NCBI RefSeq assembly: GCF_018350175.1
Contig: NC_058368.1
Span: 140,990,001 to 141,054,000 of the forward strand
Direction of reading: 5' to 3'
From: Felis catus
Taxonomy: Eukaryota
DNA length: 64,000 nucleotides
Part shown: positions 49,001-61,870 of the stretch, piece by piece
Layout: the number at the start of each line of letters is the position of its first letter
Numbering within the stretch: the stretch's first letter is position 1
The notes under the pieces: model-generated
Told to the model about the DNA's origin: nothing
What the model saw: only the letters and a program-made list of their open reading frames with translations
The model's database searches: none
Program-made: the position numbers and the translations under genes

Positions 49001-49332
49001 GCTGCTTTCCAGGTCTCCTCCACGAATCTTTCTGGAGCTCCACCATCTGATTAAATTCTTTAGTGCTTCAGGGGACCTCTGTACATCAAGAGGAACAGTT
49101 GGGCTGCTATCTGTACCTTGTTTCATCCTTAATATTTTAATTATATAAGTAGATTAAGCAGTATTTCTCTAAAAATTCAAATTCTTATAAAACTAAAGCT
49201 TGTAAATTTGACAGTGCATTTCCCAGACATTTTACCTTTAATTTCCAAACTAATTAAATTCTCCTAAAATCATGCATATCCTATATCTGAATATTTTAAA
49301 GATGACAAATGCCTTAAAAAGCAGAAACACAT

Positions 49333-49538
49333 GGGGCACCTGGGTGGCTCAGTTGGTTAAGCATCTGACTCTTGATTTCAGCTCAGGTCATGATGTCGTG
49401 GTTGGTGGCCTCTAGCCCCACGTTAGGCTCTTGGGATTCTCTCTCCCTCTCTCTTTGCCCCTACCCCACTTGTTCTCTCTAAAACAAACAAACAAACAAA
49501 CAAACAAACAAACAAACAAACTTACAACAAAAAAAAAG
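49333..49538 (+). mobile_element. Can-SINE with (AAAC)n tail
   Basis: TSD aaaaagcagaaacacat. Confidence 0.92.
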
Positions 49539-49909
49539 CAGAAACACATGCAAGTGAAACATCACAAGGATTACAAAATTTACTATTATATTTAAACTTA
49601 AACTGTTATGAAGTACTTATATATTTAAACTTATTTCTTTTTTATCACTATACTTGCTCTCATAAGTATTCCTGGACTCTTACAGAGGATAGAGAGTATC
49701 TCTTTAAAATATGTATTTCTTTACTTTCCTGATGATGTAGTACCTTTGTCAGATTCTAAAGCAAATAATATCTCTTTTATCATCACTGAGTAGCTCAGGA
49801 AGGAGTTGATGGGTTTTGAAATTTCTTACAAACATACAGAAACTTCCCATGTATTTAAAATTCTAATAGATATAATCAATTAAACTTAGAAACACAAGGT
49901 TCTATTTTG

Positions 49910-52340
49910 AAAGTCCAGTGCTGCTGTAACAAATACGTAAACCATTAAGAGTGATTCTGGCACTGGTTACAGGCTGGAAGAATTTTTGAGGAGCATGATA
50001 GAGAAAGCCTAAGTTGCCTTGAATAGACTGTCAGCAGAAACTCAAACTTGGACTGTGCTGCCAGTGAGGGCTCAAAAGGGAATAAGAAACATGTCATTGG
50101 AAACTTCAGGAAGAGGCTTTCTTGTTGGGTGGTAACAGAAAATGTAGCAAAATTGTCTCCTGCAATTATGGGAAAAACAGAACAAGTATGTAATGAACTG
50201 GACTATCTAGCTAAGATTCTCAAGCAAAGTGTTGAAGGTACTTCTTGCTGCCCGTCATAAAATGCAAGGGAGAGAGAAAAATTGAGAGAAGAACTGTAAA
50301 CAAAAAGGAACCAGGACTTGATGACTTTAAAAATTCTTAGTCTCTCTGAATGGCAAAAGATGTTAGAATTAGGAAATGGCTTTCAAGCTTGTGGCCTAGA
50401 GAAAAGCCTCGGCCTAGAGCAAAAGCCAGGTAGTGATTGTACAAGCTTTTATTAAAACCTCAGGAAGACCAGAGGATCACAAGAGTAGTCAGTCACAAAG
50501 GGTCCCCTCCAGAGATCAGGGGTATGCCCCATATAACTTGTCCAACATTAGGACCTTTCCAAGTGTGAGTTGTCCTTTAACCATCTCTGCATCCTTATCC
50601 TGGGTGAAGGAGAGCATGTCTCAAAAAGAACAGTAAATGTTGCTTTTGTGCAAGGGGAAATTGACAGGAGACTCACAATGTATTTGAGAAATTTATGTCA
50701 GCAAAAGCACCGCCAACTTAAACTGAATGGGACAGAAAGAATACACAATCAAAGGAGGCTATTAGATCTCCATAATTATACTGGCAGGACGCACCTGCAA
50801 GCACGTGCTACCTTTCATGAAAAAGGAAAGATGACTCTGACGGCAGAACCAAGAGCTATTAACCAAAGAGTGGATTATTCCCAGGCCTTGAAATCTAATC
50901 AAGGAGCTCTGGCAGGAATTCGCTAAGCTGAATTTCAACACTGCTTTGAACTGGTAACTCCTTAATTCCTTTTTACCTTCTATTCCTCCCCTTCCCTTTT
51001 ATCTTTTTATTTTTTTAACGTTTATTCATCTTTTTTGAGACAGAGAGAGACAGAGCATGAATGGGGGAAGGTCAGAGAGAGAGGGAGACACAGAATCAGA
51101 AGCAGGCTCCAGGCTCTGAGCTGTCAGCACAGAGCCCAAAGTGGGGCTTGAACTCATGGACCGCGAGGTCATAACCTGAGCTGAAGTCGGACGCCCAACT
51201 GACTGAGCCACCCAAGTGCCCCTACCCTTCCCTTTTAAATGGAATGTCTGTAACTATTCTACTGTGTCTGTTCCTCCATTGTATGTTGAATGTGTTGGAA
51301 GCCAGATAGCTTGCCTTTAGTTTTGTAGCTATACTTAAGAGCCTCATCCATACCTGAACCTGATTTAGGTAATAAAATTCTAGACTTTAAGCACATGCTG
51401 TAATGGTATGGGATTCTTGAGGAATTTGGGAGGGAGTAAATGTATTTTTTTTATGTGGGAGGGACACAAATCATTGGGGAATCAGAGGGTGGACTGTGAT
51501 GGATAGCCTTACATTTCCCACCTCTGGGTTTTGTTTTTTTTTTAACGTTTATTTATTTTTGAGAGACAGAGAGAGATAGAGCATGAGCAGGGCAGGGAGA
51601 GAGAGAGAGGGAGACACAGAATCTGAAGCAGGCTCCAGGCTCTGAGCTGTCAGCACAGAGCCCAGTGCAGGGCTCAAACCCACGAACCCAGAGATCATAA
51701 CCTGAGCTGAAATCAGACAGTTAACTGACTGAGCCACCCAGGAGCCCCTCCTGGTTTAACCCTTGTGTGATCTCTCCTGGGGTGTTAATGGAACCTGTGA
51801 CTTGCTTCTAACTAGTAGAATTTAGCAAAGAAGATGGGATGTGTGTGATTATTTGTACATGATTACAGTACTTAAGATTGTAATCCACCTTGCTAGAAGA
51901 CCCTCTGTCCTTTGCTGACTTTGAAGGAGCATGCTGCCATGTTGCAAGTTGCCATATGGAGAGGGCCAGGCTGCAAAGACCTGAAGGCAGCTCCAAATGA
52001 CAGTCATCAAGAAAATGAGGTTCTCTGGGGCACCTGGGTGGCTCAGTCGGTTAAGCAGCAGACTTCAGCTCAGGTCATGATCTCATGGTTTGTGAGTTCA
52101 AGCGCTGCATCAGGCTCTGTGCTGACAGCTCAGAGGCTGGAGTCTGCTTCACATTCTGTGTCTCCCTCTTCGCCCCTCTCCAGCTCATGCTCTGTCTCTC
52201 TCTGTCAAAAATAAATAAACATTAAAAAAAAAAAAAAAAGAAAAGGAGGGTCTCAATCTGACAACCTGCAAGAAACTAAGTGCTCTAATAGCTACATGAA
52301 CTTGGAAGCAGATCCAACTCAAGTCAAACATTTGAAGTCT
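49910..52340 (+). mobile_element. MaLR internal region (49910-51494) plus MLT1E/F-like 3' LTR (51495-52340), with three inserted Can-SINEs (51000-51222 -, 51528-51748 -, 52027-52244 +)
   Basis: gctgctgtaacaaatac start, PPT-like gagggtggac before TG at 51495, and cctgtgacttgcttctaac. Confidence 0.75.
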
Positions 52341-52681
52341 GTAGGCAGGTAGGTAGGAAGGTAAGATCACAAGCAGGCTTGTATCTCATGAACATAAGGA
52401 ATACTGTTCCATCAGGACAGATTGAAATGTGTATTTGTTCTTGTTGCCTTTGACCTTGTTCACATGGCTATCCTGTAGAAACTGGGTTCCTTTGTCTAAA
52501 CACATACATAGGAGTGGGGAAAATGGAAAGAGAATCCAAAGAAGTAGAGTAATTGCAAGCCCAGATGCTGCTTCACACCAATGAGATAAGTCAGCAGATC
52601 AGCAACAATATGTGTCAGCTCCAAAATGACTTATACAGGTACCAAAGTATAACATCATATAAACTTATGTAGTCTTACATA

Positions 52682-52881
52682 TTTTTTAAATGTTTTATTT
52701 ATTTTTGAGAGAGAGAGAGAGAGATTAGGGAAGCAGGGCAGAGAAGGGGGGAGACAGAGGATCCAAAGTAGACTCCATGCAGACAGCGGAGAGCTTGATG
52801 CGTTGAGAGAACTCACAAACCATGAGATCATGACCTATGCTGAAGTTGCACATTCAATGGACTGTGCCACCCAGGCATCCC
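52682..52881 (-). mobile_element. Can-SINE
   Basis: TSD tagtcttacatatttt. Confidence 0.9.
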
Positions 52882-53485
52882 TAGTCTTACATATTTTAAA
52901 ACTATTAATAAAGTTAGTACACTTCTCTTATATTTTTAACCTTAAAATCACAAGTTCAGTTTGCACCTTCAAAAGTTCACCGTAGCTGCTGAGTGCTGTA
53001 TTCTCTTGTGTGGTTGTACTACATTGTGTTTATCCATTTGTCAGTTAACAGATATTTGGGTTGTTTCCAGTTTTTTGACTGTTATGAATAATGCTGTTAT
53101 AACTATTCACGTGCAAGTCTTGATGTAGACATATGTTTTTATTTCTCTTGGGTAGATTCCTAAGAGTGGAACCACTAGGTTGTATGATCAATGTATGTTT
53201 AACTTTTAAAGAAACTGTCAAACTATTTTCCAATGTGTCTGTAACATTTTACACCTATCAACAGTGTAGAAGTTTCCAGTTTTTTTCACATCCTCACCAA
53301 TACTTGGTATTTCCTCTCTTACATCATAGCTCTTTCAGTAAAGTAGAATCTCATTGTAGTATTAATTTGCATTTCCCTACTGACTATTGATTTGATTAAC
53401 TTTCCACATGCTTATTAGAAATCCGTATACCTTCTTTAGTGAAGTATCTATTCAAATCTTTTGCCCATTTAAAAATTCAGTTGTT

Positions 53486-53709
53486 GGGGTGCCTGGGTGG
53501 CGCAGTCGGTTAAGCGTCTGACTTCAGCCAGGTCACGATCTCGCGGTCCGGGAGTTCGAGCCCCGCGTCAGGCTCTGGGCTGATGGCTCAGAGCCTGGAG
53601 CCTGTTTCCGATTCTGTGTCTCCCTCTCTCTCTGCCCCTCCCCCGTTCATGCTCTGTCTCTCTCTGTGTCCCAAAAATAAATAAACGTTGAAAAAAAATT
53701 TTTTTTAAA
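53486..53709 (+). mobile_element. Young SINEC_Fc
   Basis: CpG-intact body. TSD taaaaattc(a/g)gttgt. Confidence 0.95.
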
Positions 53710-53727
53710 TAAAAATTCGGTTGTCTT

Positions 53728-54395
53728 CATGAAAAAGTGCTCAACATCACTCATCTCAGGGAAATACAAATTAAAACCACAATGAGATACCACCTCACAC
53801 CAGTCAGAATGGCTAAAATAAACAACTCAGGCAACAACAGATGTTGGCAAGGATGCAGAGAAAGAGGATCTCTTTTGCACCGCTGGAAGGCAAACTGGTG
53901 CAGCCACTCTGGAAAATAGTATGGAGATTCCTCAAAAAATTAAAAATAGAACTACCCTATGACCCAGCAATTGCACTACTAGGTATTTATCCAAGGGATA
54001 CAGGTGTGCTATTTCAAAGGGACACATGCACCCCAATGTTTATAGCAGTGCTATCAACAATTGTATGGAAAGAGCCCAAATATCCATAAACAGATGAATG
54101 GATAAAGAAGTTGTGGCATGTGTGTGCGTGCATGTATATATATAAAGCAAGGAAGGGGACAAAACATAATAGACTCATTAATACAGGGAACAAATTGAGA
54201 GTTGCTGGAGGGGTTGTGGGTGGGGGGATGGACTAAATGGGTAAGGAGCATTAGGGAGAACACTTGTTGGGATGAGCGCTGGGTGTTAGGCAATGAATCA
54301 CTGGAATCTATTCCTGAAATCATTATAGCACTATATGCTAGCTAACTTGAACGTAAATTAGAAAATAAATAAGTAAATTTAAAAAAAAGAAAAGA
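53728..54395 (+). mobile_element. Carnivore L1 fragment (ORF2 C-terminus, 3'UTR, A tail)
   Basis: ORF track reads [19 protein letters not shown] and [32 protein letters not shown], the L1 ORF2 C-terminal domain. Confidence 0.95.
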
Positions 54396-56171
54396 AAAAA
54401 CTTGGATTGTCTTACTACTGAGTTTAAGAGTTTTTTATTTCTTCTGTGTATGGTCCTTAATAATAAGGTCCATGATTCTGTATATTTTCTCCTAGTCTAT
54501 AGTGTGTTTAAAAAATTTTTTTTCTTGAGGCACCTGGGTGGCTCAGTCAGTTGAGCTACTGACTTCGGCTCAGGTCATGATCTCACGGTTTGTGAGTTTG
54601 AGCCCCGCGTCGTGCTCTGTGCTAACAGCTCAGAGCCTGGAGCCTGCTTCTGATTCTGTGTCTCCCTCTCTCTCTGCCCCTCCCCCGCTCATGCTGTGCC
54701 CCTCTCTGTCTCAGAAATAAATAAACATATTAAAAAAATTTTTTTTTCTTAATGATATTTTAAAGTACAAATGTTTAATTTTGGTGAAGTCCAGTTTATC
54801 GTTTTTTAAGTGTCATGTTTTGGAGTTATATCTAAGAACTCTTTGCCCAGCCCAAAGTTACCAAGATTTTCTGGTGTGTTTTTTGCTAGAAGTTTTATAG
54901 TCTCAGTTCTCATCCACTGGACTCTATGTCTGTCTTTGCACCAATTCCACACTGTGTCAATTCATAGTATTATAGTAAATTTGAAATCAGGTAATATAAG
55001 TTTTCCATCTTTTTTTCAAAATTGTTTTGACTATACTATGCATTTCCATATAAATTTTAGGATCATTGTGTCAATTTCTGTTTAAAAAGCTATCGTGGGG
55101 GAGGGTGCCTGGCTGGCCCAGTCAGAAGAGCATGTAATGCTTGATTTTGGGATTGTGGATCCAAGCCCCACACTGGGTATAGAGATTACTAAAAAAAATG
55201 AACTTAAAAAAAAAGACAAAAAATAAAATAAAAAACTATTAGGATTTTGAGATTGTGTTGAATATATAGATTAATTTGGGAAGAGTTTCTATTTTGACAA
55301 TATTGAGTCTTCCAATTCCATAAATAGGGACTATCTCTCCATTTATTTGAATCTTCATTAATTTCTCTTAGTCACATCTTATAATTTTTAGCATACAAGT
55401 CTTGTACTTCTTTTATTAAATTTATTTCTACATATTCTATTCTGCTTATGCTTTGTGAATAGAATTTTTTAATTTCATTTCTTGATTTGTCTTTGCTAAT
55501 GTAGAAATAAAATTGATTTTCAAATATTGATCTTGTATCCTGCAACTTTGCTAAACTCATTTATTAATTCTGGTCATTTTGTGTGTGGATTCCTTGGGAT
55601 TTCCTTTAAAAAATTTTTTTTTATGTTTTATTTATTTTTGAGAGCAAGAGAGACAGAGCACAAGTGGGAGAGGGGCAGAGAGAGAGGGAGACACAGAATC
55701 CAAAGCAGGCTCCAGGCTCTGAGCTGTCAGCACAGAGCCCAATGCGGGGCTCGAATTCACAGACCACGAGATCATGACCTGAGCCAGAGTTGGACATTTA
55801 ACCGATTGAGCCACCCAGGCGCCGCAGGGATTTTCTTTTTTTTTTTTTTAATATTTTACTTTTTTTTATTTTTTATTTTAGAGAGAGAGAGAGAGCGAAT
55901 GAAGGCAAGGGGAAGAGGGTGGAAAGAGAGAGAATCTTAAGCAGGCTCTATATTTATTGTGGGCCCCAACCGCATGACTGTGGGATCATGACCTGAGCTG
56001 AAATCAAGAGTCAGATGCTCAACTGACTGAGCCATCCAGGCACCTGTGTTCCTTGGGATTGTCTATGGACAGGATGATGTCATCTATGAATAGAAGCAGT
56101 TTTACTTCCTTTTTTTTTTTATCCTTAGTCTGCTTTTAGTGAACTATTGCATCTTCTGTTCTGCACCAGTC

Positions 56172-57064
56172 AGAACCTTTCTTGAATCATAATATTTATT
56201 CATGGCCATCACATGTTCCTTGGGGAAAAAAAAATCAAAAGATAAAATAACTATCACTGTAATCCCTACACTCAGACACAACTTTTGTGAATGTGTGGGC
56301 TGGATTCTCCCAGACATTTTTGTTAGAGGCTCTGTAGCACAGGTTATGATGTATTGAGCCACATCCTTCAACCCCCAGATTTCAACACAGCTGTGGCATG
56401 AACATTGCCATGGACTTTGCCAGTGTCCATACAAGATCATATCACAGTGTCTCTCACCTTTGCATTCTAGAAGCCTGGAAAGCCTGCTCAGCTACATGTA
56501 GACACAACCTATAATTTCAAGGCAGTTAATACCCCCTGGTTGGAGGCAGCCCTAAACCAATAAGAGCAGGATCTCATGGATAAATGGCCCAGCCTTTCCA
56601 TCTTGCAGGGCATAGAATGGGACAATTCTAAGATGACTTCTGCATGGTTCCTCAGAGCTCCCTGTGGGATTGAACCCGTTTCCCAAACTGTAACCCACTC
56701 ATTTATTGACTTTTCTCTCTTGCCCCTTTCCTTCACGTGTGTTTCCTAAGATAACATCCCCCCCCCCTAAATTTTCTGCACCCAAATCTTGTTTCAGGGT
56801 CTGCTTTCAGAGAAACCTAAACTAAGGCAGGTATCATGTGTGGTCCCTGGACAAACTGGGATATTTCCATGAATTGGTCGTCAGGACAGTGGGTATGCTA
56901 CAGAGCCTCTAACAAAAATGTCTGGGAGAATCCAGCCCACACATTCACAAAAGTTGTGTCTGAGTGTAGGGATTACAGTGATAGTTATTTTATCTTTTGT
57001 TTTTTTTTTCCCCCAAGGAACATGTGATGGCCATGAATAAATATTATGATTCAAGAAAGGTTCT
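56172..57064. repeat. Near-perfect inverted repeat: arms 56172-56339 and 56896-57064, 556-bp spacer
   Basis: The arms are exact reverse complements apart from the G/A homopolymer (G4A9TC versus G5A10C). Confidence 0.97.
56333..56829 (+). mobile_element. LTR16-family (ERVL) solo LTR, LTR16E-like
   Basis: TGtagca start; ggataaatggcccagc..gggacaattctaag; end cccaaatcttgtttcagggtctgctttcagagaaacctaaactaaggCA. Confidence 0.75.
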
Positions 57065-57179
57065 CACATAAAAATAATGAAACTAGCTGATGAAACTGTG
57101 AGAAAAGAAAACTTAACAGAAATAATCATAGTCATCTTTAAATACCTGGATACCATTCATGTGAAAAAGGAGACAAACA

Positions 57180-57400
57180 TTAAATGAGCACCTTCTAGGT
57201 TATATACCAGATATTATGTAGTATGCTAATACATACATTAACTTATCCATCCTTACAACAACCCAGGGAGGTAATGACAATCTTCATTTTTCATATGAGG
57301 AAACTGACACACAGAGACTTAAAGGAATTTGCCCAAGGTCCATAGTATTGGACTGAGCAAGTATAGAAACTGAGTTTCAAATCCAAACCTATCTGTTCCC
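57180..57400 (-). mobile_element. MIR
   Basis: cattttt catatgaggaaactgacacacagagact...ttgcccaaggtc. Confidence 0.75.
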
Positions 57401-57539
57401 ACACTTGTGTCTTCCTGCTCTCCTGGACATGTTGCAAAGAAGGGCAAGCCAGGGACAAACAGATAACATTTTAAGTTTGCATAATTGTGTTTCTATGAAT
57501 GCATAGCATGGCAGAGATTGTTTAGAAGTTCACCGATGC

Positions 57540-57900
57540 TAGTTTTTCTTCCTTGATGCAGAGGAACACTTCATGTTCTAACTTCCTTTACAATTAGATT
57601 GGGGCCATGTAACAGGGTTCTAGCAAATTATAATGTGCAGATTAAATACACCTGATATTCTCTCAATTTCTCTCTTTTTCTCTTTCACTCTCTTAGCTGG
57701 CTGAAAGCAGAGAACCCAGGAGAGGATTCTGGGAAGGTCCTTGGGGATGGTAAAGCCACCAGATGGGAGGTAAGTGGATTCAAAGGGCATGGAGTAGAAT
57801 AGAGCACTCTCTGTGTTGACTACATTGGACTGGGACATGAGCAATAAATGAACATACATTGGATTAAGCCATCAATGGGGGTTGTTATACAACTGGCATT
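57540..57900 (+). mobile_element. Old MLT1-type LTR fragment
   Basis: aattagattggggccatgtaac; ggtaaagccaccagatggg. Confidence 0.55.
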
Positions 57901-58023
57901 CCCTAAGAAGTCATGAGCTTCCTGTCCCAGGATATACATGAACGGTGATTAAATGTTCAACTCTCAAGGCTGCTGTAAAAGATTCCTGTTGTAGCAAATG
58001 ACCTATAAAACTAGTAGTTCACA

Positions 58024-58232
58024 AGGTGCCTGGGTAGCTCAGTCAGTCAAGCGTCCAACTCTTGATTTCAGCTCAGGTCATGACCTCACGATTTGTGGGA
58101 CTGAGCCCTACATCAGGCTCTGTGCTGACAGCTCAGAGCCTGCTTGAGACTCTCTTTCTTTCTCTCTCTCTCTCTCTCTGCCTCTCCTCAGCTCACACTG
58201 TCTCTCAAAATAAATAAATAAACTTAAAAAAA
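58024..58232 (+). mobile_element. Can-SINE
   Basis: TSD-like agttcaca. Confidence 0.9.
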
Positions 58233-58534
58233 TGAAAGTTCACATTTACTGAGATATTATAGACCAGGCATGTACATGTATTCTCACATTTAAATCTACA
58301 ATATGCTTTATCATACTCATTTTACACATGAGGAGAGTAAGGCACAGGCACAAAGAGCTTAGATAACTTGCCCAAGGTCACACAGGAAGCAAGAGGTAGA
58401 GCCAGAGTATGTCACTTTTTTAAAATTAAGTTTGTAATTTTAATTTCAAGATAATCAACATGCAGTATTATATTAGTTTCAGGTGTTCAGCCATTCTATA
58501 CATTACTCAGTGTTCATCACAGAGTACTTCACTC

Positions 58535-58732
58535 TTTTTTTTTAAAGTTTATTTTTTTATTTTGAGAGAGAGCAGGAGAGAGAAAGTGTGTGTGTGTGCA
58601 GGGGAGGGGCAGAAAGAGAAGGAGGATAGAGAATCCCAAGTAGAGTCCACGCTGTCAGCACAGAGACCTATGCCGGGGCTCAATCCCCTGAACCTGTGAG
58701 GTCATGACCTGAGTTGAAATCCACATGCCCCC
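58535..58732 (-). mobile_element. Can-SINE with internal head deletion
   Basis: TSD-like cagagtac(t/c)tcactctt. Confidence 0.85.
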
Positions 58733-59880
58733 AGAGTACCTCACTCTTAACTACTACTTCTCATTGCCTCTACACTAGAAGCCTTGGAAACTGGATTTGT
58801 CCTCAAGGGATTTTTTTGTTCAGTTTTTGCTTTAAAATTTTAATCTATGCTTAAAACTTAAAAGATTTTACATAAAAATCATGCTTCCTGGTTTCTCTTG
58901 GAAATTCAGAAGATCTTGCAAAACTGACTTATAGATAATTATGACAACAAGCAGCTGGAGCTGAAGAGTGGTCCGTAAACTTTCCATCTAAAGCTGAGTT
59001 CTCCCCACATATAGAGCACAGTGTTGGGCATATGACAGGGACTCAACAAATATTTAGGAAATTAGTGAATAAAAGCAGAACCTGGATTCTCTTACCCTCT
59101 CCCTGTTTATTCAGCTCTCTCTTTTGTGACTGAGAACGGTTGAATCTGACTTTACTAAGTTAGAACACACGAGACTAATTTCCCTTTTGTTCTAAGCAGC
59201 CAGGACCCAGATTACAGGCACCTACAAACGTTGTGCCTGATTTGGGCTCATGTTGACATTTTCTATCAACTCAAAATGTTTGCTTCTATACAACTAGAGT
59301 TTGCTCTGAAGAACCAGCCAAAGCTGGGAGTAAATGGGTAGGCAGGTGCATTAGTTCTATCTCAGATTAGGTTGTGCACAATGGGCTCTTTGTAAAGTCC
59401 TTATAGAAGGGCAAGGACAGGCAGGCGTGCCCTGCTTCCAGCTTTGGAGACTCGCTCATAACAGTGCTCAAGATAGACAGGCACAGTTTTAATCTGCCTG
59501 GCTTAGACCGCTGGACTCACAGATGGGTGTGTAAGCCTCAAACAGGGGAAGCTTTTCTCTCAGGCTTGTTAGCAAAGCTCATTTGGAGGAGCCCAGGGCT
59601 GGGGCACGGCCTGGATCAGCAGCCATGACGCACGCAGTGTAAGCTTCAGAAGCTGGTTGATCCCTTTAGCAGAGCCCAAGCCTGCCCGTCCTCCCCTTCC
59701 AGACTTGGGACAGTGCTGCCTTTCTCCAGAGGGTTGGTGTGTTGGCATCAAGAAGGGAAGGGCAGTGCCAGGGCTCTTCCAGGTGGAAATCTCCTGTTTA
59801 TTTGCCCGGAGGAAAAAAGGGGCCTCTCCTTAAGACTTCATTTCTGAGCTCCCTATTGTGGGAGCAAAGTGGATTGCTTA

Positions 59881-60098
59881 CAGTAGCACTTCTCACGCAC
59901 GAGATTTTGCCTCCTTGGGGCATTTGCAAAGCTTGGAGGCATTTTTAATGTTAACAACTGGTGTGTGTTAACACTGATGCGTCTAGTGGGCAGAGGCCAG
60001 GGATGCTGCTGAACATCCTACGATGCATATAAGACAGCCTCCACAACAAAGAATTTCCCATCCCCAAATGTCAATAGTACCAAGGTTGAAAAGCCCTG
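59881..60098 (+). mobile_element. MER20 (hAT-Charlie)
   Basis: tctagtgggcagaggccagggatgctgctgaacatcctac...ccaaatgtcaatagtaccaaggttgaaaagccctg. Confidence 0.85.
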
Positions 60099-60758
60099 GC
60101 TTAGTAAAGGATGGCTTGTATTACATTTTTAAGCTTTAAAATTATAAAAAGCAATTTCTTAGCATTTTATTATTTTATAACCTGAAAAGTAAAATAAGGG
60201 CTATTTTAAACATAGAGAAATATTTTGGACTTACCAAATATCACCTTCTTTCATTATTTATAGTAACAATGTTGGCATACAGTAGGTACTCAATATTTGT
60301 ACAATGAATGAATGAATGAATGAATGGCATACTGTAGTGCTGTCCCTTACTGAATTTGTTATAAAGTGGTTGCTTCCTTCTTTAAGGCAGTATACAGCTC
60401 TTTTCAGGGGAGAGAAACAGGTATTACATAGTTTATTTATTCATTCATTCATTTATTTTTCTGCTTCTGGCTTTAGCACATGGGCCTCTGACTCCGGCTA
60501 CACTTTGTTTAATAAAATGTCAGATTTGCTGATAAGCTTGGCCTTCTCTCTTTTCTCAACCCTTGTGCTGTTATTTGGGTGGATTTGACTTGATACATTT
60601 CCAATCCATCTGTATGAAAACCATATTTGATATTGATATGGATTGTAGCCATAAAGCAGTATTTCACTGAGAAAGATATATTTTGTAATTGAACAATTAA
60701 ATTGTTACATATATTCCTTGCACCAAAAGATCCTAAAGTTAAGAATTACAGTTATTCA

Positions 60759-60962
60759 GGGGCATGTAAGTGGCTCAGTCAGTTAAGCATCTGACTTTGG
60801 CTCAGGTCGTGATATCACAGTTCATGGGATCAGGCCCCACCTTGGGCTCTCTGCTGTCAGTGTGCAGCCCACTTTGGAGCCCCTAGGCGCCCTCTCTCTC
60901 TGACCCTCTCCTGCTCTCTCTTTCGCTCTCTGAAAAAATAAAGGTTAAAAAAAAAAAAAAAA
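60759..60962 (+). mobile_element. Can-SINE
   Basis: Head, CT tract and A tail. Confidence 0.88.
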
Positions 60963-61092
60963 GGAAAACCACATATCGTTCAAAACAGGAGTCCAAGCAG
61001 AACTTTGACTGATTTCTGATATTCCTTAGCATCCACCAAAATTGGTGATGGCCTCCGGGTCCTTTGCTTCTCTCATATAGTCAATTGTCTCC

Positions 61093-61135
61093 TTTTTTTT
61101 TTTTTTTTTTTTTTTTTTTTGTTTTATTTATTTTT

Positions 61136-61187
<52 letters not shown>

Positions 61188-61357
61188 CAGTGTGAGCAGG
61201 GGAAGGACAGAGAGAGAGGGAGACATGGAATCCGAAGAGAGTCTCCAGGCTCTGAGCTGTCAGCACAGAGCCAATGCGGGGCTCAAACTCACAGACCACG
61301 AGATCATGACCTGAGCCCAAGTCAGATGCTTAACCAGCTGAGCCACCCAGGCACTCC
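61093..61357 (-). mobile_element. Can-SINE
   Basis: Long T tail, (GA)n, head in reverse. Confidence 0.92.
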
Positions 61358-61870
61358 ATGGTCAGTGGTTTCTTTATGGCATTATCCCCACCTGAAATTT
61401 TATCAGATATTGTTTATTTGTTTTAATATCTGTTTCTTCTTACAGATATGAGTTCTCTAAGGGCAAAGACCTGTTCTCGCTTCTTCATTCTTGTGACATC
61501 AGTGCCTTGAATGGTGCCTGGCATATGGAAGGCATTTGGTAAGTATTTGGTGAATGAATGAAAAGCAGAGCAGAGAGACCCAGAGACAAAATGACCCACC
61601 TAAGGTCATACAAAGCCCGATCAGGAGAACTAGTCATATAACAAGGTCTAGGCTCTCTGATTCAGCCCACCCCAGCTCCCCCCACAGATACATGCTCTTT
61701 CAGCACTGCACAGTTGCCCAAGGAAACTCAGAAGCAATGTCCCAGAGGAGGGCATCATCATGTCCCAGATGGGAGGGCCCACTGTGGGGCTAATCTTGTG
61801 GTGTGACACAGAATGACCAGCCTGCTTTGCCTGGGACCAAGGAGTTCCTGGATGCAGGACTTTCAGTTTA

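Larger units (their letters stand above)
52995..56120 (-). mobile_element. Old L1MB/MC (ORF2-3'UTR) with multiple younger insertions
   Basis: gatatttgggttgtttccagtt, ccatataaattttaggatca, tgtatcctgcaactttgctaaactc. SINEs at 54527-54746(+), 55103-55234(+), 55606-55823(-) and 55830-56045(-). Confidence 0.85.

Noticed and set aside
53737..54089. Protein-like ORFs with YHLTPVRMA / ELPYDPAI
   Set aside because: Frameshifted L1 ORF2 remnants.
56172..57064. Reading the inverted repeat as a MITE or DNA transposon
   Set aside because: No TSD, no transposon-type termini, and one arm includes the first bases of the enclosed LTR.
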